From positions 824,169 through 888,168 of the forward strand of contig JAEINU010000001.1 in the NCBI GenBank assembly GCA_016342685.1: 64,000 nt of DNA, read 5' to 3'. The translations under genes were made by a program, and so were the position numbers. Shown piece after piece: positions 8,759 through 17,516 of this stretch (the first letter of the stretch is position 1; each line of letters starts with the position of its first letter). The DNA is from Bacteroidales bacterium (GTDB lineage: Bacteria; Bacteroidota; Bacteroidia; Bacteroidales; UBA12077). Below the pieces are notes generated by a model. It worked only from the letters and a program-made list of their open reading frames with translations, searched no databases and had not been told where the DNA came from.

Positions 8759-10765
8759 ATGTTAACCAAACTTGTTACAAGAATAAAAAGATATTATATG
8801 CGAAAAACAACCATTTTTAAGCAACTAATTTTAAATGTAGTAATTCCAGCAGTTTCAGCTTTGCTTATACTGGGCGTATTTAATTATAATCAAACAAAAT
8901 CGAATATTGTAAATTCTATAAATACAAAGAATAAGATAATTTCTCAGGAAATTATTCACATAATGGAATTTCAGGACGTTGCTCTTGAGGTTATTGAGCA
9001 GAGTTTAAATCCTGTAATGCAAACCTATAGTAGTCAGCTAGTAAATAATTATTTCAGAAACACAGACAATATAGATTTTGCCGATCTAAACAAGATTAGA
9101 AGAGAGTTGGGAATGGATATGGATATGGAAGATATTTATATTATCAATAAGGAAGGAATCGTTGTAAATACCACTTTTGAAAAGGATTTAGGATTGAATA
9201 TATTTTCGTTTGGAGATGATCATAAGGAATTACTTCTGGATATTTTTAAAGAAGGAAAGTTTGTAAACGAAAGATTTACAGTCGAATCAAGTACAAAGCG
9301 CCTGAAGAAGTACACCTATCAAACAACATTAGATGGCGAATATATAATTGAATTGGGAATTTATTCTAGACGTGCCGACGACATTATTAATTTTATAAAA
9401 ACAACCGTTAATAAGCTATCAAAAGATCAACCATCAATTGTAGATGTTGATTTATTTATAAGTAAAGATTACCCAATATCATTAAATAAAGATATTAACT
9501 TAAGTGATGAAGAAATTGTTTTCATGAAGGAACGATTCGAGCAACAAGATTCGACTCAGGTTTTTAAGAAAAGAAACAAACAAAAATTATATTACACATA
9601 TCTGTATATTAAAAGGTCAAATACAGATTTATATGAAGGAGCAGTAGTTCGCATAATTGCAGATCGATCTGGCGAAGACAAATTATTAAGGCGTGAAATG
9701 TTAAAGTTTTTAGCCGTTTTTGGATTAACCCTTGTAGTAGTAGTAGTTTTACTGTACCGAAAAACGAGAGTAATAACACATCCAATTAAGAAACTGGTTG
9801 ATAAAGTAAATAGAGTTACAGATGGACATTTGAATGAGCGAGCAGAAGTAATTGGTAACAATGAGATAGCAACGCTTTCGCAAAAATTCAATTCGATGAT
9901 TGAAGAGTTGGAGAGCTATTACAATGAACTGGAACAAAAAGTAAAAGATAGAACAGCTGAGGTGGTTCAACAGAAAGAATTAATAGAAATTAAGAATAAG
10001 CATATTATGGATAGTATCCATTATGCAAAACGAATTCAGAATGCGATTTTACCTCCCGATACTTATGTTAAACAATTACTTCCAAAATCATTTATTCTAT
10101 ATAAGCCGAAAGATGTTGTTAGTGGTGATTTCTACTGGATGACAAAAAAGAATAATCTGGCAATTTACGCTGCGGTTGATTGTACTGGGCATGGTGTTCC
10201 TGGAGCATTTATGTCAATTGTAGGGCATAATCAATTAAATTATGCTGTTGATGTTAAGAAAGCGCGAAGTGCAAATGTTATTCTGGACTATTTAAATGAA
10301 GGTGTTGTGGAGACATTGCGAGAAAAAGGTCAAGTTGGTAAAATAGCAGTAAAAGATGGAATGGATTTAGCTCTTTGTATAATTGATTATAAAAACATGA
10401 AGCTTCAGTTTGCAGGAGCAAACAACCCATTATGTCTGGTTCGAAATAATGAAATGATTCAGATAAAGGGAAACAAGCAGGCTATTGGGGGAGGATTCGA
10501 TGATGAGCTGCCTAAATTCACAAATCATGAAATGGATTTACAAAAAGGTGATGTGATATACACATTCTCTGATGGATATCCAGATCAGTTTGGAGGGCAC
10601 GATGGACGTAAATTTATGGTTAAAAAGTTTAGAGAATTATTGTTAAAAATTCATAGTCATCCGATTGAAGAGCAGGAAAAAATATTAGAAGATATTTTGG
10701 AAGAATGGAGAGGCAAAGAGGAACAAGTGGATGATATATTGATTATTGGAGTAAAAATTGAATAA
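8759..10765 (+). CDS. Membrane-bound PP2C-type (SpoIIE family) serine phosphatase with extracytoplasmic sensor domain and HAMP linker
   Basis: TM1 (LILNVVIPAVSALLILGVF); ~270-aa periplasmic region; TM2 (LAVFGLTLVVVVVLLY); HAMP; coiled coil; PP2C motifs (SGDFYW, DCTGHGVPGAFMS, DGYPDQFGG). Confidence 0.8.
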   Translation: MLTKLVTRIKRYYMRKTTIFKQLILNVVIPAVSALLILGVFNYNQTKSNIVNSINTKNKIISQEIIHIMEFQDVALEVIEQSLNPVMQTYSSQLVNNYFRNTDNIDFADLNKIRRELGMDMDMEDIYIINKEGIVVNTTFEKDLGLNIFSFGDDHKELLLDIFKEGKFVNERFTVESSTKRLKKYTYQTTLDGEYIIELGIYSRRADDIINFIKTTVNKLSKDQPSIVDVDLFISKDYPISLNKDINLSDEEIVFMKERFEQQDSTQVFKKRNKQKLYYTYLYIKRSNTDLYEGAVVRIIADRSGEDKLLRREMLKFLAVFGLTLVVVVVLLYRKTRVITHPIKKLVDKVNRVTDGHLNERAEVIGNNEIATLSQKFNSMIEELESYYNELEQKVKDRTAEVVQQKELIEIKNKHIMDSIHYAKRIQNAILPPDTYVKQLLPKSFILYKPKDVVSGDFYWMTKKNNLAIYAAVDCTGHGVPGAFMSIVGHNQLNYAVDVKKARSANVILDYLNEGVVETLREKGQVGKIAVKDGMDLALCIIDYKNMKLQFAGANNPLCLVRNNEMIQIKGNKQAIGGGFDDELPKFTNHEMDLQKGDVIYTFSDGYPDQFGGHDGRKFMVKKFRELLLKIHSHPIEEQEKILEDILEEWRGKEEQVDDILIIGVKIE

Positions 10766-10767
10766 TT

Positions 10768-12141
10768 ATGACGGATAAAAATCTGGATGTTTTGTTTTAT
10801 GTTCCATCTAAAAAGGAAAATGTAGATGAGCCTGAAAAACAATGGATTAATAATTTGAAATATATCCTTGAAATTAGTCTAAATCAGGTTTTAAAACGAA
10901 AAGCGAATTGTAACTTAGCATATGAAAACGATCCCATTCAAAATTCTGAAATCTATATTCAATGCTTTTTAGGAACAAATTTTTCTAAAGAAAAAACAAT
11001 TCAGAGTATATATAAAAGCGAAGATTTAAATATCTATCATGTATTAATTAACACTAATTCACTTGAGTTTTCGAATGCATTAATCAACTTAAAAACATAT
11101 CGTTTTTATAATGATCAAACCAGTAAGATTCTTGATTTAACATTGAAGTTAGAAGATATTTTAAATACTACGTGGCTTAAAATATCTGATCTTTCGTTTG
11201 AAATAGGAAAGGTTCTAAGAAAAAGGGATAAAAAGATACCTACAAACAATAAAATATTTATTGCAGAAACGAGTCCTGATCAGACATTGAATAGAAATTA
11301 TTTAGTGCGAGAGTTTAAGCATCAGGGTTACACTGTAGTTCCTGAAGATCAACTTCCTAATGATATTGTAAGTTTTAGTGATCAGGTTCAGAATCTTATG
11401 GAAGAATCGCTTATATCGATACATCTAATTGGGAATAATTATGCTCCTTTGCTTAACAATATTGAGATTTCGAAAGTAGAGTTGCAAAATGATATTTTTA
11501 ATGAAGTTATTGTAAAACCTGAATCTTTAAAACGGAATTTGCAGAGATTAGTACTTATTCCTCCTGCTTTAAAACCAAAATCTGACAAGCAAAAAAAGTA
11601 TATTGATAGTTTTAAACTAAATATTGAACTTCAAAAAAATACAGAGATAATACAATCGCCACTCGAAGATTTTAAATCTATAATTCAGAAAAAAGTAGAT
11701 GGATTTTTTAACGAGAATACTAAGCAAAAAGACGTCTCTATAAACAAATCAAAAAAAAGAACCATTTATATTATTGGCAATGGTACAAATGTAAATGCTA
11801 TAAAGGGTTTGAAAGAAGTACTTAATGAAAAAGGGTTTGATTTTGCTGAAACTATAAATTCTAAAAATAAAATTGAATTAATTAAAGATCATCAAAGAAA
11901 TTTAACTCATTGTGACGGTGTAATTGTTTATTATTCATCAAAAAATGAACAATGGTTAAATAGCAAATTGAGCGACATTGTTAAATCTCCTGGTATTGGA
12001 AGAAACATTCCATTTTTACTAAAAGCTATTTTGATAGATGGATTGCAGGAGCCAAAAATAGAAATGAATATTCGAGATTTACTGATTGTTAATACAAATA
12101 AACCCGATTATCTGAATCATTTATTGGAAAAAATAAAATAA
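10768..12141 (+). CDS. Hypothetical protein with two predicted flavodoxin-fold TIR/SLOG-like modules
   Basis: Beta-alpha-beta patterns KIFIAETSPDQ..GYTVVPEDQ..ISIHLIG and KRTIYIIGNGT..GFDF..CDGVIVYYSS. Start codon is 2 bp after the phosphatase stop, 4 bp before the STAND gene. Domain assignment is tentative. Confidence 0.35.
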   Translation: MTDKNLDVLFYVPSKKENVDEPEKQWINNLKYILEISLNQVLKRKANCNLAYENDPIQNSEIYIQCFLGTNFSKEKTIQSIYKSEDLNIYHVLINTNSLEFSNALINLKTYRFYNDQTSKILDLTLKLEDILNTTWLKISDLSFEIGKVLRKRDKKIPTNNKIFIAETSPDQTLNRNYLVREFKHQGYTVVPEDQLPNDIVSFSDQVQNLMEESLISIHLIGNNYAPLLNNIEISKVELQNDIFNEVIVKPESLKRNLQRLVLIPPALKPKSDKQKKYIDSFKLNIELQKNTEIIQSPLEDFKSIIQKKVDGFFNENTKQKDVSINKSKKRTIYIIGNGTNVNAIKGLKEVLNEKGFDFAETINSKNKIELIKDHQRNLTHCDGVIVYYSSKNEQWLNSKLSDIVKSPGIGRNIPFLLKAILIDGLQEPKIEMNIRDLLIVNTNKPDYLNHLLEKIK

Positions 12142-12145
12142 GATC

Positions 12146-15100
12146 ATGGCAGCTAGCAAAAATAAAAATATCAATGACTTAAATAACCCTTTCCCCGGTT
12201 TACGACCCTTTAAGGTCGAGGAAAGTCATTTGTTTTTTGGAAGAGAAGGTCAAAGTGAGGAAATATTAAATAAACTCTCCGACGAAAAGTTTGTTGCTGT
12301 TATCGGTGCATCTGGTAGTGGTAAATCTTCACTAATTTATTGTGGTTTGGTACCTGTATTATTTGGTGGGTTTGTTGGGGATGCAAATTCAACATGGAAA
12401 ATTATAGCTTCAAGACCTGGTAATTCTCCAATAGATAACCTTGCAAATGCAATTATTGGAAATTCAGAGAATGAAGATAACTCGGAAAACAATTTAATAA
12501 AGCAAAAGTTAAATGCTTCTATCTTACGAAGTAGTTCGAATGGTTTAGTAGAAGCTCTTGATCAAAATTACAATCTTGAAAAAGAAAATGTATTAATAAT
12601 AATTGATCAGTTTGAGGAACTGTTTAGATATAAATCGAGTAAAGGTGATCAATCAACATACAATGAATCGGAAGCTTTTGTAAAACTTTTAATCTCTGCA
12701 AATAAGGCAAAAGATGTTCCAGTTTACATTGTTTTAACGATGCGTTCTGATTTTATTGGCGAATGTTCTCAGTTTCATGAGTTAACTGAGTTAATAAATG
12801 AATCCAATTATTTAGTACCGCAAATGACGCGTGATGATTTTAAAAGCGCAATTGAAGGTCCTGTAGCAGTAGGCGGTGCAGAGATAGAAACACAATTAGT
12901 TCAGCAACTTTTAAATGAAGTAGGCGATAATCCCGATCAGCTTCCAATTTTGCAACATGCGCTAATGCGAACATGGAATTATTGGACAGAACATTCCGAC
13001 ACAGAGCAAGCAATTAGTATTTCGGATTATGCTGCAATTGGAAAAATGGAAAAAGCTTTGTCGGAACATGCGAATGAAGCATTTGATGAACTTAACGAAG
13101 ACGAAAAATTCATATGCGAAAGCATGTTTAAAACAATTACCGAAAAAGGTAATGATAATCGTGGTATTCGTCATCCTACAAGTATTAGTGATATTGCTAT
13201 AATTGCAAAAACTTCTACCGATAAGGTAAAGAAAGTTATAGATCCTTTTAGAGCAGCAGGAAGATCGTTTATTACACCATCGTTTGAAATAGAACTCGAA
13301 AATGATAGTATAATTGATTTATCGCATGAAAGTTTAATGCGTATCTGGAATAAACTACGAATTTGGGTTGAGGAGGAATGGAATGCAGTTCAAATGTATT
13401 CTCGATTATCAGAGGCATCGGAGATGTATCAACTTGGAAAAACTAGTTTATGGCGTCCGCCGGATTTACAATTAGCTTTAAATTGGAGAGATAAACAAAA
13501 GCCTACACTAGCTTGGGCTAAGAGATATAATCCTGCTTTTGAACGAGCAATGGTTTATTTAAAAACCAGCGATAAAGAGTTTAAAGCAGAAGAGGAAAAT
13601 AAGGTTAAGCTTCAGAAGAGACAACTTCGTCGTTCTAAGATATTTGCTATCGTATTGGGATCAGCTGCAATTATTGGAGTGGGTTTAACGATTTATTCAC
13701 AAATGCTTAAAGGAAGAGCCTTAAAACAAGAAAAAATAGCAACAGAGCAAAAGATAGAAGCGGATAAGCAAAAGGAAATTGCTGAAGAACAGACAATTAT
13801 CGCAAAAGAGAAGGAAAAGGAAGCCCTTGAACAGAAGGAAGAAGCGGAAAAACAAAAGTTAATTGCAGAGCAAAAGCAAAAAGAAGCAACACGGAATGCT
13901 GAGATTGCAGAAAGACAAACACAAATAGCAATACAACGGCAAGAAGAAGCAAATCAACAAAGAACTCTTGCAGAAAAGAATGCCGAAGAGGCAAGAAAAC
14001 AAACAGTGGAGGCAGAAAAGGCGCGGCAAGAAGCCTTAAGGAGAAGAATGCTGTCGATTTCGCAAAGTATGGCTGTTAAATCGCAACAAATATCCGACAA
14101 TACACAATTGAAGGCCTTGGTAGCGTATCAGTCTTATTTATTTAATAAAGATTATGATGGACCTAAGCATAACCCAGATGTGTATTTAGGTTTGTATTAT
14201 GCTTTAAAAGGATTAGAAGGTCAGTACTTTAATGCGCTCAATGGACATGAAGGATCTGTTATGGATATTGTTTTTGCACCCGAATCGAATGTCATGTATA
14301 GTACGGGTGGTGATGGAAAAATATTAAAATGGGATATTGGAAGTGATAATAAAAAGTTTGAGGTGATTGCTGAAAATCCATTCGTTCAAAGAGCGTTAGA
14401 AGTTACCAAAGATGGTAAATGGTTGATCTGTGCAACCGATCAAGCGAAGATATTATTGTTTAATCTGGAAAATAATGTTGAACAAAATCAAGAATTAATT
14501 GGGCATACTTCATTTGTAACAGGATTAGCGGTTGCTCCCGATAATTCATTCTTTATTTCATCGAGTAATGATAAGACAATTCGTAAATGGAATTTAAAAA
14601 CATTAGAAAGCGAAGTTCTTGTTACAAGCGATTCAAAAATAAATTCAATAGAAATATCTCCCGATTCAAAAAAAATTGTAGCAGGAACTCAAGATGGAAA
14701 AATTAGTATTTATGATTCTAATAACGAGAATTCTCCTATTGTTATTGAATCAAATTCAAAAAATGCAATATCATCAATATGTTATAATAAAAAAGGAGAC
14801 TGGATTGTTTCAGGTGATTCGAAAGGGAATGTTCAAGTTTGGGATGCAAATAATTATACTCAGATAAAAAATCTGCAAGGGCATAAATCAAGAATTTACG
14901 ATATTGCTTTTAACCCTAACGATTGTTTGCTTGCAACATCAAGTTTAGACGGTACCGTTCGGGTATGGGATTGTACAAATTTAAATAATCAGCCAATAGA
15001 GTTAAGAGATCATGAATCTTGGGTATTATCAATTTCTTTTACCCCAGACGGAAACAAATTAGTTACTTCTAGTAATAAAAAAGATAGAATCTTAATTTGG

Positions 15101-15238
15101 GATACTAAGCCAAATGCAATTGCAAGTAAAATCTTAAATAAATTAGAGCGTAATATGTCTGAAGATGAGTGGAATACTTATGTTGCCGAAGATATAGATT
15201 ATATCAAAACAATAGCTGAACAAATTAACACCAAATAA
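12146..15238 (+). CDS. Membrane-anchored STAND-class P-loop NTPase with coiled-coil stalk and C-terminal WD40 beta-propeller
   Basis: N-terminal PGLRPF..FFGRE motif followed by Walker A GASGSGKSS and Walker B IIIDQFEELF (AAA_16/NACHT-like, as in WD40/TPR-coupled STAND proteins). Single TM IFAIVLGSAAIIGVGLTIYS near residue 500. ~110-aa EKQK-rich coiled coil. At least 7 WD40 blades (GHEGSVMDIVF.., GHTSFVTGLAV.., GHKSRIYDIAF.. ending WD/WN). Confidence 0.75.
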   Translation: MAASKNKNINDLNNPFPGLRPFKVEESHLFFGREGQSEEILNKLSDEKFVAVIGASGSGKSSLIYCGLVPVLFGGFVGDANSTWKIIASRPGNSPIDNLANAIIGNSENEDNSENNLIKQKLNASILRSSSNGLVEALDQNYNLEKENVLIIIDQFEELFRYKSSKGDQSTYNESEAFVKLLISANKAKDVPVYIVLTMRSDFIGECSQFHELTELINESNYLVPQMTRDDFKSAIEGPVAVGGAEIETQLVQQLLNEVGDNPDQLPILQHALMRTWNYWTEHSDTEQAISISDYAAIGKMEKALSEHANEAFDELNEDEKFICESMFKTITEKGNDNRGIRHPTSISDIAIIAKTSTDKVKKVIDPFRAAGRSFITPSFEIELENDSIIDLSHESLMRIWNKLRIWVEEEWNAVQMYSRLSEASEMYQLGKTSLWRPPDLQLALNWRDKQKPTLAWAKRYNPAFERAMVYLKTSDKEFKAEEENKVKLQKRQLRRSKIFAIVLGSAAIIGVGLTIYSQMLKGRALKQEKIATEQKIEADKQKEIAEEQTIIAKEKEKEALEQKEEAEKQKLIAEQKQKEATRNAEIAERQTQIAIQRQEEANQQRTLAEKNAEEARKQTVEAEKARQEALRRRMLSISQSMAVKSQQISDNTQLKALVAYQSYLFNKDYDGPKHNPDVYLGLYYALKGLEGQYFNALNGHEGSVMDIVFAPESNVMYSTGGDGKILKWDIGSDNKKFEVIAENPFVQRALEVTKDGKWLICATDQAKILLFNLENNVEQNQELIGHTSFVTGLAVAPDNSFFISSSNDKTIRKWNLKTLESEVLVTSDSKINSIEISPDSKKIVAGTQDGKISIYDSNNENSPIVIESNSKNAISSICYNKKGDWIVSGDSKGNVQVWDANNYTQIKNLQGHKSRIYDIAFNPNDCLLATSSLDGTVRVWDCTNLNNQPIELRDHESWVLSISFTPDGNKLVTSSNKKDRILIWDTKPNAIASKILNKLERNMSEDEWNTYVAEDIDYIKTIAEQINTK

Positions 15239-15239
15239 A

Positions 15240-16274
15240 ATGAATAGATCTAAATCTTATATATTATTATGTATCCTTATTTTAGCGGGATTCATATCTA
15301 ACGCTCAGCAAACAAATTGTGCATTGAAACTCGACGAAGCTGAAAATCTATATGAAATGGGTGTTTTAGATTCGATACCCGCAATGTTAAGATCATGTAT
15401 AGATGATGGATTTGAGAATGAGGAACTTGCGCGAGCATATAAATTGCTTATTAGAACATATCTATTTGAAGATTATCAGGAAATGGCTGAATTAACAATG
15501 ATGAAATTTCTGAAAAAATTTCCTGAATACGAAATCAAAGCGAATGATCCGATTGAGTTCACATATTTATATAAATCGTATAAAACAGTTCCCTTATATT
15601 CAATAGGTATAATCGGCGGTGTTAATAATTCTTTTATAAGAATTATTGAACCTTATAGCCTAGATAATGCAGAAGATTATTCAGGAGAGTATTCTGTTTT
15701 GGGAGTTGGCTATCAGTTTGGAATCCAGATAAAAAGATATATAAATGATGAGATTGAAATAAACTTGGATGCCTTATTTGTAAATAAGAAGTTTGAGTAT
15801 AATAATGAACAATTAGATTCAAAAGTAAATTATAAAGAGAGTCAATCTCATTTATCATTCCCAATTACTGGAACATATGATTTGGAATATAAAAATGTTA
15901 GACCATTTGTTAGATTTGGTTTTAGTATCGATTATTTGTTAGCGTCGACAGCAAGTGTAGAAAGGTCTTTTACAGGACCTACCTCATTGGAAGCCTTAAC
16001 AGGTCCAGATCTAGATGTTGTTGAGGATAGAAACCCTCTGGATTTTTCTTTACTATTCGGTGTTGGATTAAAATACAATGTAAAAAAGGGATATGTCATT
16101 TTTGATGCGCGATACAATTTAGGTTTAACCAATACTGTGAATAGCGAAAATAGATATGCAAATCCTGAGAAAACATGGTATTATAATTATGTTGATGATG
16201 ATTTTGCTATTAATAATGTATATGTTTCAATTGGATATGTTTATCCATTTTATAGAACCAGAAAACAAAAATAG
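15240..16274 (+). CDS. Outer-membrane beta-barrel protein with N-terminal TPR-like helical segment
   Basis: Signal peptide (ILILAGFISNAQQ); helical hairpin; then alternating-hydrophobic beta strands typical of the Bacteroidota OMP_b-brl family. Start is 1 bp after the STAND gene stop. Confidence 0.5.
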   Translation: MNRSKSYILLCILILAGFISNAQQTNCALKLDEAENLYEMGVLDSIPAMLRSCIDDGFENEELARAYKLLIRTYLFEDYQEMAELTMMKFLKKFPEYEIKANDPIEFTYLYKSYKTVPLYSIGIIGGVNNSFIRIIEPYSLDNAEDYSGEYSVLGVGYQFGIQIKRYINDEIEINLDALFVNKKFEYNNEQLDSKVNYKESQSHLSFPITGTYDLEYKNVRPFVRFGFSIDYLLASTASVERSFTGPTSLEALTGPDLDVVEDRNPLDFSLLFGVGLKYNVKKGYVIFDARYNLGLTNTVNSENRYANPEKTWYYNYVDDDFAINNVYVSIGYVYPFYRTRKQK

Positions 16275-16279
16275 AAGCC

Positions 16280-17473
16280 ATGAATAAATCAAAATATATA
16301 ATACTTTTAATATACATTTTAACCTGCTATGCATGTGATAATTTAGACATCAAGTCAGGTCAATCAGAGTCTTTTATAAAAATATTTGGTTCGTATAGTG
16401 ATGATTATGGTGTAGATATAAAGGAATACGATAATGGTTATTTGATATTAGCAACAGTAAGTCCTAATAATGAAAATACAACAGACATTGCTATTATTAA
16501 AACTGATAAATATGGAAATCAAACAAATATTGAAACAATAGAGAAAAGTGGAAATGATCGTGCTTCAAAACTATTAATAACAAATGATGGAGGTTTTGTT
16601 ATTTTGGGAACATGTGAAGATACTGTTAACAATAACAAAGATATCTATGCTGCTAAGTACACCTCTACTTTAGAAAAAGAATGGACTAAGTCTATTGGTA
16701 AGGTCAGTGAAAATGAGGAAGGAATTTCAATTGCTAAACTATCAGATGGGTATTTAATTGCTGGTAATTCGGACGAAGCCAATGTGGCCAATGGAAATCC
16801 AAGTGGTGTGCAAGATATTGTTTTAATAAAAATAAACGAATCTGGAGATACACAATGGATAAATAGTTTTGGAGGAGTTGCCAAAGATATTGCAGTAGAT
16901 GTAATTGTTACCGATAATGGATTTGTTATAATTGGAACAACAGCAAGTTTTAGTGAACACGGACAGGACAAAGAAAACATAATTGTTATTAAAACAAATT
17001 CGGAAGGAAACGAAACGGATAAGTTAACATATGGAGGTTCATTCGACGACAAAGGTATTGCACTTATAGAATCAGATGCAGGTTATATTCTTCTTGGAAC
17101 CAAAGAGATATTATCAGGAGGAAACTCAGATATTTATTTAGTGTATTTAGGAAATGATATATATGATATTATTGATGAAAAAACATATGGCAGTTCAGGG
17201 GCAAACAATATTGGATCAGCTTTATATTATACAGGTAATAACCTTGTAGTTGCAGGAAGTAATGAAGAAGGAGGTGTAACTTCTGCCTATTTCTTAAAAC
17301 TAGATATTGAAGGAAATATTCTTATTGAAAATACTTTTGGTGGTTACGATGCACAAGTAATAAATGCTATTGAAAAGACAAGCGATGGTGGTTATATTAT
17401 GGTAGGTGTTAGTGGTTTCGGAGGAAATAATCAAATATGCTTATTAAAAGTAAGCTCTGAAGGGGAATTGTAA
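16280..17473 (+). CDS. Beta-propeller lipoprotein with ~50-aa degenerate blade repeats
   Basis: Lipoprotein signal (LTCYACDN). Repeated motifs DGGFVILGT / DGYLIAGNS / DNGFVIIGTT / DAGYILLGTK / DGGYIMVGVS. Confidence 0.5.
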   Translation: MNKSKYIILLIYILTCYACDNLDIKSGQSESFIKIFGSYSDDYGVDIKEYDNGYLILATVSPNNENTTDIAIIKTDKYGNQTNIETIEKSGNDRASKLLITNDGGFVILGTCEDTVNNNKDIYAAKYTSTLEKEWTKSIGKVSENEEGISIAKLSDGYLIAGNSDEANVANGNPSGVQDIVLIKINESGDTQWINSFGGVAKDIAVDVIVTDNGFVIIGTTASFSEHGQDKENIIVIKTNSEGNETDKLTYGGSFDDKGIALIESDAGYILLGTKEILSGGNSDIYLVYLGNDIYDIIDEKTYGSSGANNIGSALYYTGNNLVVAGSNEEGGVTSAYFLKLDIEGNILIENTFGGYDAQVINAIEKTSDGGYIMVGVSGFGGNNQICLLKVSSEGEL

Positions 17474-17516
17474 TTTCTTATATGTTGTTATTATTGGAAA
17501 TGAAAAGTAAAAAGCT

